Shown in pieces: positions 26,797 to 36,686 of a DNA stretch of 64,000 nt. The position numbers and the translations under genes are program-made. Numbering within the stretch: position 1 is the first letter of the stretch; every line of letters begins with the position of its first letter. This DNA comes from Burkholderiaceae bacterium (GTDB taxonomy: Bacteria; Pseudomonadota; Gammaproteobacteria; Burkholderiales; Burkholderiaceae_F): contig DATKAJ010000105.1 in the NCBI GenBank assembly GCA_035498175.1, positions 9,482-73,481 of the forward strand, written 5' to 3'. The notes beneath the pieces were generated by a model. That model was given only the letters and a program-made list of their open reading frames with translations. It searched no databases and was not told where the DNA came from.

Positions 26797-28323
26797 ATGA
26801 AACTCAAGCCCATGTCCCCCGGGGATGCCGCGTGGTTCCACATGGACGGGCCCGCCAACACGGCAGTGATCACCAGCATCATGCTCACCCGCACGCCGGT
26901 CGACTTCGAGGCGGTCAAGCGCCTCTACAAGGAGCGGCTGCCGCGCTTCGAACGCTTCACCCAGCGCGTGGTCGAGCGTGGCCTGCCGTTCGCGACGCCG
27001 CACTGGGAGGCGATGCCTGACTTCTCGGTTGAGCAGCAGATGCATCACGTGGCGTTGCCGCCGCCGGGCGACGACGCTGCGCTGGTCGAGCTGATCAGCG
27101 ACCTCGCCAGCACGCCGATAGACCGCACGCGCCCGCTGTGGGATGTGCACCTGGTCGATGGCGTGGGTGGCGGCAGCGCACTGATCACGCGCATGCATCA
27201 CTGCATTGCCGACGGCACCGCCACCAAACTGATCACCGACGCGCTGTTCGGCAATGGGATCAACACCTCGAACGTGCCGGCGCGGGAAGCACCCGCCGCC
27301 GGCCGCGCAGAGAACTCGCCGGGCGTGGTCGAACAATTACTGGCGCCGGTGCTCGACACCGCGCAGCGTTCGGTCGGGCAACTGCGCGACGCGCTCAGCG
27401 CCACCGTCGAGGCCGCCTCGCACCCGCAGGAGTCGCTGCGCAAGGCGGGCTTCGCACTCGCGGGCGCCGGCATGTTGGCCGGCGAACTACTGCGCACGGA
27501 CGACCCGCCCTCGCCGCTGAAAGGCGAGTTCGGGCTGAAGAAGCGCGTGGCGTGGTCCGCGCCGGTGGCGCTCGCTGACGTGAAGGCGATCGGCGCGCCG
27601 CTGGGCGCGAAGATCAACGATGTGCTGGTTGCCGGCATGACCGGGGCCCTGCGTACCTATCTGCGCCGGCGCGGCGAGGACGTCGACCACACGACGGTGC
27701 GCGCGATGGTCCCTGTGGACCTGCGCCCGCCCGAGCGCGCGAACGAGCTCGGCAACTACTTCGGCATCGTGCTGCTGGATCTCGCTATTCGCAGCAGGCA
27801 ACGGCTGCAGCGCGTGCGGGCCACCAAGGCCAACATGAGCGCGCTGAAACAATCGCCCGAGCCGCTGGCCGCGCTGATGCTGTTCAACGTGATGGGCCGC
27901 GTGCCCAAGGCGCTTGAAGACCTGTCGGGGCGGATGTTCCAGCGCAAGGCGAGCGTGGTCATGACCAACGTCGCCGGGGCCACTGAGCCGCTGCACCTGG
28001 TCGGCGTGCCGATCGAGCGCGTGATGTTCTGGGTACCGCACCCTGGCACGGAGCTGGGCGTGGGCATCAGCATCCTGAGCTACTGCGGTAGCGCCACGCT
28101 GGGGGTGATCTCCGATGCACGGCTCCTGCCGGACCCGGAAGCGATCACGCAGGAGTTCAACCGCGAATTCGCGGCAATGCTCAAGGCGGTGCGGGAGAAG
28201 CAGGAGACCACGAACAAGGCAGCGAGCCGCGGTGAGCCCGCGATCAGAAAGCGCGCCGCGCGAACGACGCCAGTCGCCCAGCGCACGAAGCCTGCGCGGC
28301 CGCGTCAGCGCGCCGCAGCCTGA
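26797..28323 (+). CDS. wax ester synthase/diacylglycerol acyltransferase (WS/DGAT) paralogue 1
   Basis: HHCIADG active-site motif, PLWDVHLV, basic C-terminal tail. Confidence 0.85.
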   Translation: MKLKPMSPGDAAWFHMDGPANTAVITSIMLTRTPVDFEAVKRLYKERLPRFERFTQRVVERGLPFATPHWEAMPDFSVEQQMHHVALPPPGDDAALVELISDLASTPIDRTRPLWDVHLVDGVGGGSALITRMHHCIADGTATKLITDALFGNGINTSNVPAREAPAAGRAENSPGVVEQLLAPVLDTAQRSVGQLRDALSATVEAASHPQESLRKAGFALAGAGMLAGELLRTDDPPSPLKGEFGLKKRVAWSAPVALADVKAIGAPLGAKINDVLVAGMTGALRTYLRRRGEDVDHTTVRAMVPVDLRPPERANELGNYFGIVLLDLAIRSRQRLQRVRATKANMSALKQSPEPLAALMLFNVMGRVPKALEDLSGRMFQRKASVVMTNVAGATEPLHLVGVPIERVMFWVPHPGTELGVGISILSYCGSATLGVISDARLLPDPEAITQEFNREFAAMLKAVREKQETTNKAASRGEPAIRKRAARTTPVAQRTKPARPRQRAAA

Positions 28324-28596
28324 CGCACGTGTGCCCGTCAGTGGGGTCGTACATCGGACCGTCGATCAGCGCGCCCGTCGGAAAGGATGACACTGCCGAC
28401 CTCGCAATAGGCGCCGCCACTTCAGCGCCGTGCCGCAGGCATCGAGCGGAGCGCGTACCGAGGCGCCGCCAGGCTGAGCCGCTCGTCGAGCGGCCGAGGA
28501 ACGTCTTAGTGTGATTCGAGTGATGCCTCAATTGACCGTTCGGAGGGTGAGGATGCGAGGTACGCTTGATCAGTCCGATCAGGGACCTGGAACCAG

Positions 28597-29418
28597 ATGA
28601 CGAAGAGACAGACCTACGTCGGCAAGCCGCGCCTGCTGCACCAGGTGATCGAGCCGCGTGCCCTTCTCGAGGTGGCAGCGCTGCCATGGAACCTTCCCAT
28701 GCTCGCGCGGACGCCGCGCGGCGACGGCCACCCGGTGCTGCTGTTGCCCGGCTTCATGGCGGACGAGGGCACGCTGATCGTGCTCAAGCTCTTTCTGCAG
28801 AACCGCGGCTACGAGGTCCAGACGTGGGGCTTCGGGCGCAACGTCGGATTCAGCAGCAGGCACGCCAGCGCGCTCGAGCAGAAGATCCGCTACATGCACT
28901 ACAAGAGCGGCCGCAAGGTGAGCCTCGTGGGCTGGAGCCTGGGCGGCATGTTCGGCCTGTACGCCGCGCATCAGGCCGCGGAGTGCGTCCGTTCCGTGAT
29001 CACGCTCGGCAGTCCGGTGAGCCATGACCGCGGCGGCAGCCAGTCGCCGTCGCTCGTCAAGGCACTTTATCGGCTCATTTCTCATCCGATGGGAACATCG
29101 GCACACCTGGCGCAGGCGCGCGCCAAATATCTCCATCAGCCGAAGACGCTGCCGGTGCCGATCTCGTGCATCTACTCCCTGACAGACGGCGTCGTGCCGC
29201 CACAGGAGGCGACCATCGACGGCAACCCAGCGCTGCACGAAAACATCCGTGTGCCGGGCAGCCACCTCGGTCTGGGGTTCAACCCGCTCGTGCTCTGGGT
29301 CGTCGCTGACCGACTCGCGCAGCCCGAGGACCAGTGGCGGCCGTTCGCGCCACCGGCCGGGCTGCTCGGGCGGATCTACCGCCTGACGACTTCTTCGCTC
29401 CGCGCCGCACCCGGCTAG
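28597..29418 (+). CDS. alpha/beta hydrolase (esterase/lipase-like)
   Basis: HPVLLLPGF, nucleophile elbow GWSLGG, GSH near the C-terminus. Confidence 0.75.
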   Translation: MTKRQTYVGKPRLLHQVIEPRALLEVAALPWNLPMLARTPRGDGHPVLLLPGFMADEGTLIVLKLFLQNRGYEVQTWGFGRNVGFSSRHASALEQKIRYMHYKSGRKVSLVGWSLGGMFGLYAAHQAAECVRSVITLGSPVSHDRGGSQSPSLVKALYRLISHPMGTSAHLAQARAKYLHQPKTLPVPISCIYSLTDGVVPPQEATIDGNPALHENIRVPGSHLGLGFNPLVLWVVADRLAQPEDQWRPFAPPAGLLGRIYRLTTSSLRAAPG

Positions 29419-30865
29419 CAGCTGGCCTGGCGGCCGCCTTCGACCGCGCACGCTTGCGGGCAAGGGCCAGGTACTCCTGGAAGCAGTCGCGCACGCACTG
29501 CGCGAAGGCCTCCGGATCCGGCATCTGCTCGCGGCACGACGTGGGCGATACGATGATCTTCCCGTCGTAGCTCGTCACCGCGAAGACCAGGCCGAGTCCG
29601 TCGTTGATCGGCATGATCGCGGAGAAGTACGTCATGCGGGCGCCGTTGAGGTAGAGCGGAACAGACGGGCCCGGCACGTTGGTAAACGCGCAGTTCGCGA
29701 TTGGCGCGCGCCGACCCGCCCCGAGCAGCGCGCTGCCGAGCAATTTGCCCGTGATCGCCAGCGTGGCCGCCGGTGCCTGCGTTCCGATGTCGGTGAGCTC
29801 GCGCGCGCCGATCGCTCGCGCGATGAGCGCTGAAGACGCGGTCTGCCCCTTGATGAACGCCAGTCGCTTCACCGGGTCGACGATGTTCATGCCCAGCATC
29901 ACGTGCTCCCACTGCACTCCGGGTCGGCTGCCGGGCGCGGCCTCCGGGTCGGGCACGTAGAAGGGAATCAGCGTCGACAGATCCTTCGCCGGCAGCTCGT
30001 CGTTGGCTTCGAGGTACCGGCGCAGCCCGCCTGCGCATACGGCGAGAACGGCATCGTTGATCTTGGCGCCGGGGACGAGCCGGCGAATCTCGCGGAACTC
30101 GCTGAGCAGGAAGCGCCGGGTCTCGAACACCCGGTAGGGCGACACGATGGCATTGAAGCGCGTCACCGGCAGCGCTTCGTGCCTTTGCAGCAACTCGGCG
30201 GCGAACGAACGGGCGGCCGGAGCCAGGCTCCCGAGCACATTCGCGAACGGGCGCACCAGCCGTTGCGGCGAGGTCACCGTGTGCATGACGCCACGGCAGA
30301 CGAGCTCGAGCGCACCCGGCGATGACTCCGGGAACCACGGCTCGGGCGGCTCCGACTTCGGCGGCTGCGCCGTCGTGTCGTGCAGCAGCGTGATGATCGC
30401 GGTGCCGCGCCTGACATCGATCGCCGCGTGGTGCAGTTTGGTCAGCAACGCGAAGCTGTCCTTCGGCAGGTCGAGCAGGCTGTCGAGGCCTTCGATCAGG
30501 TAGATCTCCCACAGAGGCCGCTTGAGGTCGAGCGGCCGCGCGTGGATGCGCGAGGTCTGGATGCAGAACTGGCGCCAGTCACCCGGCTTCGGCAGCGCGA
30601 CGTGGCGCACGTGATATTCGAGGTCGAAGTTCTCGTCCTCGATCCAGTAAGGCTCGTCGAGCCCGAACGGCACGTTGCGAAGTTTCTGCCGGAAGACCGG
30701 CGAGCGGTGCAGCCGGCTCTGCACGAGCGCCAGCAGGCTCTTGAACTGGAGCCTGCCGCCGGGTGCCGTCGACGGGTCGTAGATCTGGATGAGACTGACG
30801 TTCGAATTGGCATGGGCGCTCTCGGAAGCGACGAAGAGCGCATCGTCATGGCTGAGCTGGCGCAT
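29279..30865 (-). CDS. WS/DGAT paralogue 2
   Basis: HHAAIDV (HHxxxD with Gly replaced by Val), PLWEIYLIEG, NVPGP. The basic tail overlaps the converging hydrolase gene by 140 nt. Confidence 0.8.
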   Translation of the reverse strand: MRQLSHDDALFVASESAHANSNVSLIQIYDPSTAPGGRLQFKSLLALVQSRLHRSPVFRQKLRNVPFGLDEPYWIEDENFDLEYHVRHVALPKPGDWRQFCIQTSRIHARPLDLKRPLWEIYLIEGLDSLLDLPKDSFALLTKLHHAAIDVRRGTAIITLLHDTTAQPPKSEPPEPWFPESSPGALELVCRGVMHTVTSPQRLVRPFANVLGSLAPAARSFAAELLQRHEALPVTRFNAIVSPYRVFETRRFLLSEFREIRRLVPGAKINDAVLAVCAGGLRRYLEANDELPAKDLSTLIPFYVPDPEAAPGSRPGVQWEHVMLGMNIVDPVKRLAFIKGQTASSALIARAIGARELTDIGTQAPAATLAITGKLLGSALLGAGRRAPIANCAFTNVPGPSVPLYLNGARMTYFSAIMPINDGLGLVFAVTSYDGKIIVSPTSCREQMPDPEAFAQCVRDCFQEYLALARKRARSKAAARPAASRVRRGAKKSSGGRSARAARPVARTAATGPRAARVGQRRPRARAG

Positions 30866-30933
30866 GTGGGCGGGTTCCTGCTGCGGCCGGCCGGCGCCGC
30901 ACTGTCGAGGTGTCGATTATCAATGCCGGGAGG

Positions 30934-32409
30934 TTACGCAAAGCCCGGAGAAAGCCGCCCCGGACGCCCGGCGGCGGGCCGGCGGGCACTGCGAGGCTTC
31001 GCCATGTGGGATTTCCCGATCAGTTCGTCAAAGGTCACTGCGAGCGCGTGCGACAACTCGCGCGCATCGGGCACTGCGCTGCGTGCCGTCGTGAACCCGA
31101 AATCCATCGCTCCGGCATAACTCATCATCGTGATATTGAGCCCCACGCCATGTTCGACGATCGACATCGGCCAGTAAGTGCGCATGCGCGCGCCAGCCGC
31201 GTACAGCGGAACCTGCGGCCCCGGGATATTGGAGACGACCACGTTGGCGAGCGGCGGCATCACTCCGCTGATTCTCGAGCGCTCGAACAGCGTGGCGAGT
31301 CCCTGCAATGCCCACGGCGTCGCGATCGACGGAAAGTCCGTCGGCATGACGCCCTTGGCACGCTGCACCATCGCCTTGACCGCACCGGCCGAGTCGCGGA
31401 TTGCGCGCAGGCGCCGTACCGGATCGGCGATGTTCGAGTGCAGATTCACCACCGGCATCGTGGCCTGGGTGGTGTATTCGGTGTTGTCGGCCGCGCGTAG
31501 CGAGATCGGCATCGCCGCGGTCAGCGGCTTCTCCGGGATGCCGCCGTGATGCGCGAGGTAGCGCCGCAGCGTACCGCTGCACAGCGCGAGCATGATGTCG
31601 TTGAGCTTAGCGTCGTGAGCCGCTGCGAGCTGCTTGAGGACGTCGAGCGGCAGCGAGAGCCCGGCGAAACCGCGCTCAGCCGTGATCGGCACGTTCAGTG
31701 GCGTGCGCGGGCCGAACGCGAAGTTCTGCCCCAGTGGCCCTTTGCCAGCGTCACCCGGTCCCGACGCGCCGAACATGCCGGCCAGCGTGCGCACGACATC
31801 GGGCAGGTGGCGCACGAGCTTCACGTACTGGCCGGCATCGTGCCGGAGCGCGGCGGCGGCGAGTTCGGCCATCCCCGGGTGCTCGCCGTGGCCCGCGTCG
31901 GTGCGTTGCGGGCGCGACACGGCACGCGGCCGCGGCGTCAGGTCATACATTGCGCGCGCCAGCAGCACGGCGGCCTGACCGTCGAGCGCGGCGTGGTGCG
32001 CCTTCATGTAATAGCCGACCTGCCCGCTCTGCAACCCGTCGATCACGTGCACGCGCCACAGCGGCCGGCTGCGATCCATCAGTTCGGAGTGCAGGCGCGC
32101 CGCGCAGTCCTCGAACTGCGCCAGCGTGCCCGGCGGCGGCAGCGTCACGCGCTGCACGTGATAGTCGAGGTCGACGTCATCGTCATGGATCCACACCGGG
32201 CCGGCGAACTGCAACGGCATCGGCGCGAGCTTGCGCTGGAAAAGCGGCACCAGATGCAGGCGCCTGGCGAGCTGCCGTTTGATCCTTGCCTGAAAGTCGC
32301 CGCGGTAGCCCCGCGGCAGGTCAAACAGGTGCAGCGAAGCGACGTGCATCGGTGTCGCGGGTGTTTCCAGGTACAGAAACGCGCTGTCGATACCGCTCAA
32401 GGATTTCAT
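30934..32409 (-). CDS. WS/DGAT paralogue 3
   Basis: Start at the internal ATG (MKSLSGIDSAFLYLE). HHAALDG, PLWRVHVIDG, SNIPGP. Confidence 0.85.
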   Translation of the reverse strand: MKSLSGIDSAFLYLETPATPMHVASLHLFDLPRGYRGDFQARIKRQLARRLHLVPLFQRKLAPMPLQFAGPVWIHDDDVDLDYHVQRVTLPPPGTLAQFEDCAARLHSELMDRSRPLWRVHVIDGLQSGQVGYYMKAHHAALDGQAAVLLARAMYDLTPRPRAVSRPQRTDAGHGEHPGMAELAAAALRHDAGQYVKLVRHLPDVVRTLAGMFGASGPGDAGKGPLGQNFAFGPRTPLNVPITAERGFAGLSLPLDVLKQLAAAHDAKLNDIMLALCSGTLRRYLAHHGGIPEKPLTAAMPISLRAADNTEYTTQATMPVVNLHSNIADPVRRLRAIRDSAGAVKAMVQRAKGVMPTDFPSIATPWALQGLATLFERSRISGVMPPLANVVVSNIPGPQVPLYAAGARMRTYWPMSIVEHGVGLNITMMSYAGAMDFGFTTARSAVPDARELSHALAVTFDELIGKSHMAKPRSARRPAAGRPGRLSPGFA

Positions 32410-32681
32410 CAGCCTCGACTCCTCCCGGGGTCCGCGGCAAGCCTGTTGCGGGCTTGCCCGCTCGGCACTCACCGGGCAGATGATCATGCTGCTCGCCCCT
32501 GACGTTGAGGCCATGAGGACGGTCAAGCGCAGGCGACTGTTACGGACATCGGCCGTAGCCGCGGCGCGTTGTCCGTGTATGCGGCGCAAAGCCCGCCGTG
32601 CGCTGAGCCAGATCAAGGCCAGCCGCCGAAGCTGCCCGGCCTCGGCCTCCCGGGCGCGCGACCGCGCGCCACAATCGCCGC

Positions 32682-33812
32682 ATGGCCGCACGCCTCGTGT
32701 TCCTGGTGCCGGGCTTCTTTGGTTTCACTTCGGTCGGCGCGGTGAGTTATTTCGAGGACGTGGAGCAGACACTCGGCCGCGCGCTGAAGCTGCGCGGTGC
32801 CGAGGCGCGCATCGTGCGCTGCCAGACCCAGCCGACTGCCTCGATTCCGCGCCGTGCGGACGCCCTGCGGCGCCAGGTGCTGCGCAGCGGCGGCCTGGCC
32901 GCCAGGGAACTGCACTTCATCGGCCACTCCACCGGCGGGCTCGACGTGCGCATGCTGCTGGCCCCGGGCGTGAAGATCGCGAGCGATGGCGCCGAGCGCA
33001 TCGCCCGCCTCACGCGGACCGCGATCTCGGTGGCCACGCCCCACCACGGCACGCCGCTCGCCAACGACTTCGTCACCGTGCAGGGGCAGCGGCTGCTGCT
33101 GGTGCTCAGCGCGCTGGCGACCTCCGGCGAGGGGCGCGGGATCATCCTCGCCGCGGCCCGGGCGCTCGCGGCGATCGCGCGGCTCGATGACTGGTTCGGG
33201 CGCGGCGAAGGCCCGCTCGATCGCATCGCCGAGGCGCTGCTGCGCAAGATCCGCCTCGGCCGCGGCAGCGCGTTGTGGCGGTACCTGGACGAGATCAAGC
33301 GCGACCAGGGGGCCGTGCTGCAGCTAACGCCCGAGGGCATAGCGCTCTTCGATGCCGCGGTGGTCGACCGCAGCGCCATCGACTACGCCTGCGTCGTCGC
33401 CGGCGTGCCCAAGCCGCGCATAGAGCTGGCGCCCGCGCAGTTGCTCGACCCGGAGTACATCGCGCTGCGCGCGCTGTTCAGGGTGCTGCACGCGCTGACC
33501 GCGCTTCCGCACCCGCACTACCCTTACCCGAAGCCGGGCGCGCCCGTACAGCGGCGGCTCGACCGTGCGCTGGGCTTTGCGGTGACGCAGGCCACCAATG
33601 ACGGCATCGTGCCGACGCTGAGCCAGCTCCAAGGCCGCCTGCTGCACGCGGCACGCGCCGACCACCTCGACGTGGTGGGGCACTACACGCTGGCCAGCGG
33701 ACGCACCGCGGACTGGCTGCCCTCCGGCGCCGGCTTCACGCCGGAGAAATTCAGCGCCACCTGGGAGGCCGTCGCCGCCGCGATCGCGGCCAACCGCCGC
33801 AAGACGCGCTGA
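32682..33812 (+). CDS. triacylglycerol-lipase-like alpha/beta hydrolase
   Basis: VFLVPGFFGF and nucleophile elbow GHSTGG. Confidence 0.7.
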   Translation: MAARLVFLVPGFFGFTSVGAVSYFEDVEQTLGRALKLRGAEARIVRCQTQPTASIPRRADALRRQVLRSGGLAARELHFIGHSTGGLDVRMLLAPGVKIASDGAERIARLTRTAISVATPHHGTPLANDFVTVQGQRLLLVLSALATSGEGRGIILAAARALAAIARLDDWFGRGEGPLDRIAEALLRKIRLGRGSALWRYLDEIKRDQGAVLQLTPEGIALFDAAVVDRSAIDYACVVAGVPKPRIELAPAQLLDPEYIALRALFRVLHALTALPHPHYPYPKPGAPVQRRLDRALGFAVTQATNDGIVPTLSQLQGRLLHAARADHLDVVGHYTLASGRTADWLPSGAGFTPEKFSATWEAVAAAIAANRRKTR

Positions 33813-33988
33813 CCGATAGGCAAGACCAGCACCAGGCGGTGAGGGCGGCGTGAGCTTGCGCCGCGCCGGCCGTGATCCGGGTTACTCATCTGGACCCCGG
33901 GGTACCACTCCTCATTGCTTACCGACAGAACGATCCCGTTCGCGGCCCAGTACTATCGCGCGCGGCATCTGAGAGGGAGCCGGCCCGG

Positions 33989-36047
33989 ATGGCAACGGCC
34001 GAACAGCGCGCGCGGGTCAACATCGACAGGCTTCTGCAGCAGGCCGGCTGGTCAGTTCAGGATTTCAAAGCGGCCGACATCCATGCCGCGCGCGGTGTGG
34101 CGCTGCGCGAGTTCCTGCTGAACGAGGGCTTCGGCAAGGCTGATTACCTGCTGTACGTCGACGGCAAAGCCGCGGGCGTAATAGAAGCCAAGAAGGCGGG
34201 AGCGACGCTCACCGGCGTCGAAGTCCAATCCGGCAAGTACGCACAAGGCCTGCCCGCGAGTCTGCCGGCGTGGCGCCGCCCGTTGCCCTTCATCTACGAG
34301 AGCACCGGCGCCGAGACCCACTTCACCAACGCGCTCGACCCCGAGCCGCGCGCCCGTAAACGTCTTCGCTTTCCACAAGCCCGAAACGCTGGCCGAGTGG
34401 CTGAATGAACTGCCGCAGGCCACCGTCCTGACGACAGGCAGCGGCCCGGCGGCCAATCAAGCCGAGTTCGCTCCCGCCACGTTCCTCGCCCGCGTCCGCG
34501 CGATGCCCGAGTTGGTGACCGAATGGGGCGGCCACCATCTCTGGCCTGCCCAGATCACCGCGATCCGCAACCTGGAGAAGAGCCTCGCGCAGGGTCGCCC
34601 GCGTGCGCTGATCCAGATGGCCACCGGCTCCGGCAAGACCTTCACCGCCATCAGCTTCATCTACCGACTCATCAAGTACGCCGGCGCGCGGCGCGTGCTA
34701 TTCCTGGTGGACCGCGGCAACCTCGGCCGCCAGACCAAGAAGGAGTTCGACCAGTACGTCTCGCCCGTCAACAACTTCAAGTTCGGCGAGGAGTACATCG
34801 TCCAGCACCTGAGCGACAACAATCTGGACAAGACCGCACGCGTGGTCATCAGCACCATTCAGCGCATGTTCAGCATGCTCAAGGGCCGCGAGTTGCCCGA
34901 AGACCTGGACGAAGCCTCAGGCTCCGCACTCGACAGCCTGGTGTCCGCGCAAGAGCCCATCGACTACAACCCCGCCATCCCGATCGAAACCTTCGACATC
35001 ATCGTCACCGACGAAGCGCACCGCTCCATCTACAACCTGTGGCGGCAGGTGCTTGAGTATTTCGACGCCAGCCTGATCGGTCTCACCGCCACGCCCAGCA
35101 AGCAGACCTTCGGCTTCTTCAACCAGAACCTGGTGATGGAGTACGGCCACGAGCAGGCTGTGGCCGACGGCGTCAACGTCAACTATGACGTCTACCGCAT
35201 CCGCACCCAGGTGAGCGAGGCCGGCGGCAAAGTCGACGCCGGCTTCTTCATCGACTACCGCGACAAGCTCACCCGCAAGACCCGTTGGGAAGAACTCGAC
35301 GAGGAGTTCGCCTACGACCCCAACCAGCTCGACCACGACGTGGTGGCAGTGGACCAGATCCGCACGTTGGTGCGCACCTTTCGCGGCAGACTGCCCACCG
35401 AGATCTTTCCCGGCCGCACCGAGGTGCCCAAGACGCTGATCTTCGCCAAGGACGACAGTCACGCAGAAGACATCGTCAAGATCGTGCGCGAAGAGTTCGG
35501 CAAGGGCAACGAGTTCGCGCAGAAGATCACCTACCGCACCACGGGCGAAACGCCCGAGCGCCTGATCGCTGCCTTCCGCAACAGCTAGCACCCGAGAGTC
35601 GCCGTCACCGTCGACATGATCGCCACCGGCACCGACATCAAGCCGCTGGAGATCGTGATGTTCATGCGCGCGGTGAAGAGCCGCACCTTCTTCGAGCAGA
35701 TGAAGGGCCGCGGCGTGCGCGTGATCAACCCGGCCGATCTGCAAAGCGTCACGCCCGACGCCAAGGCCAAGGATCACTTCGTCATCGTGGACTGCGTGGG
35801 CGTGTGCGAGCGGGACATGACCGACTCCCGCCCGATGGACCAGCAGAAGTCCGTGCCGCTGGAAAAGCTGCTGCAGGCCGTCGCACTCGGCAACACCGAG
35901 CCCGACGTGCTCTCCTCGGTGGCCGCCCGCCTCGCCCGCCTGGAGAAAGACTTGCCCGCCACCGCCCAGGCCCGCATCGCCCAGGGCCACAGTGGCGACG
36001 CGAAACAGTCTGGGCGCTATCGCCACGCTCCTTCAACTTCCGCCTGA
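33989..36047 (+). pseudogene. disrupted restriction-type SF2 helicase (HsdR-N-like domain + DEAD/ResIII helicase)
   Basis: Three collinear pieces. The N-terminal piece (VNIDRLLQQAGW...ADYLLYVDGKAAGVIEAKK) switches frame near 34355-34362 (VFAFHKPETLAEWL continues in the frame of ORF 34503). Walker A is MATGSGKT and the DEAH box is TDEAH. An in-frame TAG lies at 35586-35588 (NS*HPRVAVTVDMIATGTDI). Confidence 0.8.
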
Positions 36048-36615
36048 CGCGGCGGAGGAGATCGAGCGCTTGCTTTCCGGCCAGCCGCCACTGAAGGGTG
36101 TAATCGCGCCGCCCCATGAGGAGGATGAAACACAGGTCGACCTCCTCTACAAGGACGTTCAGGGGAAGGCATTCGAGTTCATGAAGGACAAGGTGAGCAA
36201 GCTTCAATGGGACGAATTGCAGGAGCTGGTTGCAGGCCTGCTGCGCGCGATGGGCTACAAGACACGCGTTTCGCCCAGCGGCCCTGACCGGGGCAAAGAC
36301 ATCGTTGCTTCCCCCGACGGGTTTGGGTTCGAAAGCCCGCGCATCATCGTCGAGGTGAAGCACCGTACCGGCAGCGCGATGGGCTCACAGGAAGTCCGGA
36401 GCTTTCTCGGAGGCCGGCACAAGGACGACAAAGGTCTGTACGTCAGTACGGGTGGGTTCTCGAAAGACGCACGCTACGAAGCCGAACGCGCGAGTATCCC
36501 GCTGACGTTGATGGATCTCGATGATCTGGTCACGGCCGTTCTTGAGCACTACGAGCAGATGGACGCTGATGCTCAAAGGCTCTTAGCGCTCCGCAAGATC
36601 TACTGGCCGGGCTGA
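35992..36615 (+). CDS. Mrr-like (PD-(D/E)xK) restriction endonuclease domain protein
   Basis: ELVAGLLRAMGYKTRVSPSGPDRGKDIVA...IIVEVKHR...VRSFLGG...GLYVSTGGFSKDA is the Mrr_cat pattern. The track start is a GTG, so the true start is uncertain. Locally lower GC. Confidence 0.7.
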   Translation: MATRNSLGAIATLLQLPPDAAEEIERLLSGQPPLKGVIAPPHEEDETQVDLLYKDVQGKAFEFMKDKVSKLQWDELQELVAGLLRAMGYKTRVSPSGPDRGKDIVASPDGFGFESPRIIVEVKHRTGSAMGSQEVRSFLGGRHKDDKGLYVSTGGFSKDARYEAERASIPLTLMDLDDLVTAVLEHYEQMDADAQRLLALRKIYWPG

Positions 36616-36646
36616 CCAGACATCCCGACCGCCAGACTTGCTGGTT

Positions 36647-36684
36647 GATCTCAATTTGAGTACATTTGCTCTCAAACTGAGATC
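36647..36684 (+). promoter_or_regulatory. 14-bp inverted repeat (putative operator) abutting the MNT-HEPN operon start
   Basis: GATCTCAATTTGAG-N10-CTCAAACTGAGATC (1 mismatch), ending 2 nt before the ATG at 36687. Confidence 0.45.
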
Positions 36685-36686
36685 AC

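Noticed and set aside
28324-28596. Possible small gene or remnant in the spacer before the alpha/beta hydrolase (minus-strand frame containing GALIDGPMYDP).
   Set aside because: It has no start or SD, no recognisable family, and composition typical of non-coding high-GC DNA.
35586-35588. In-frame TAG in the helicase as programmed recoding (pyrrolysine or readthrough).
   Set aside because: There is no Pyl machinery or recoding signal in view. The same gene also carries a frameshift, so pseudogenisation is the simpler reading.
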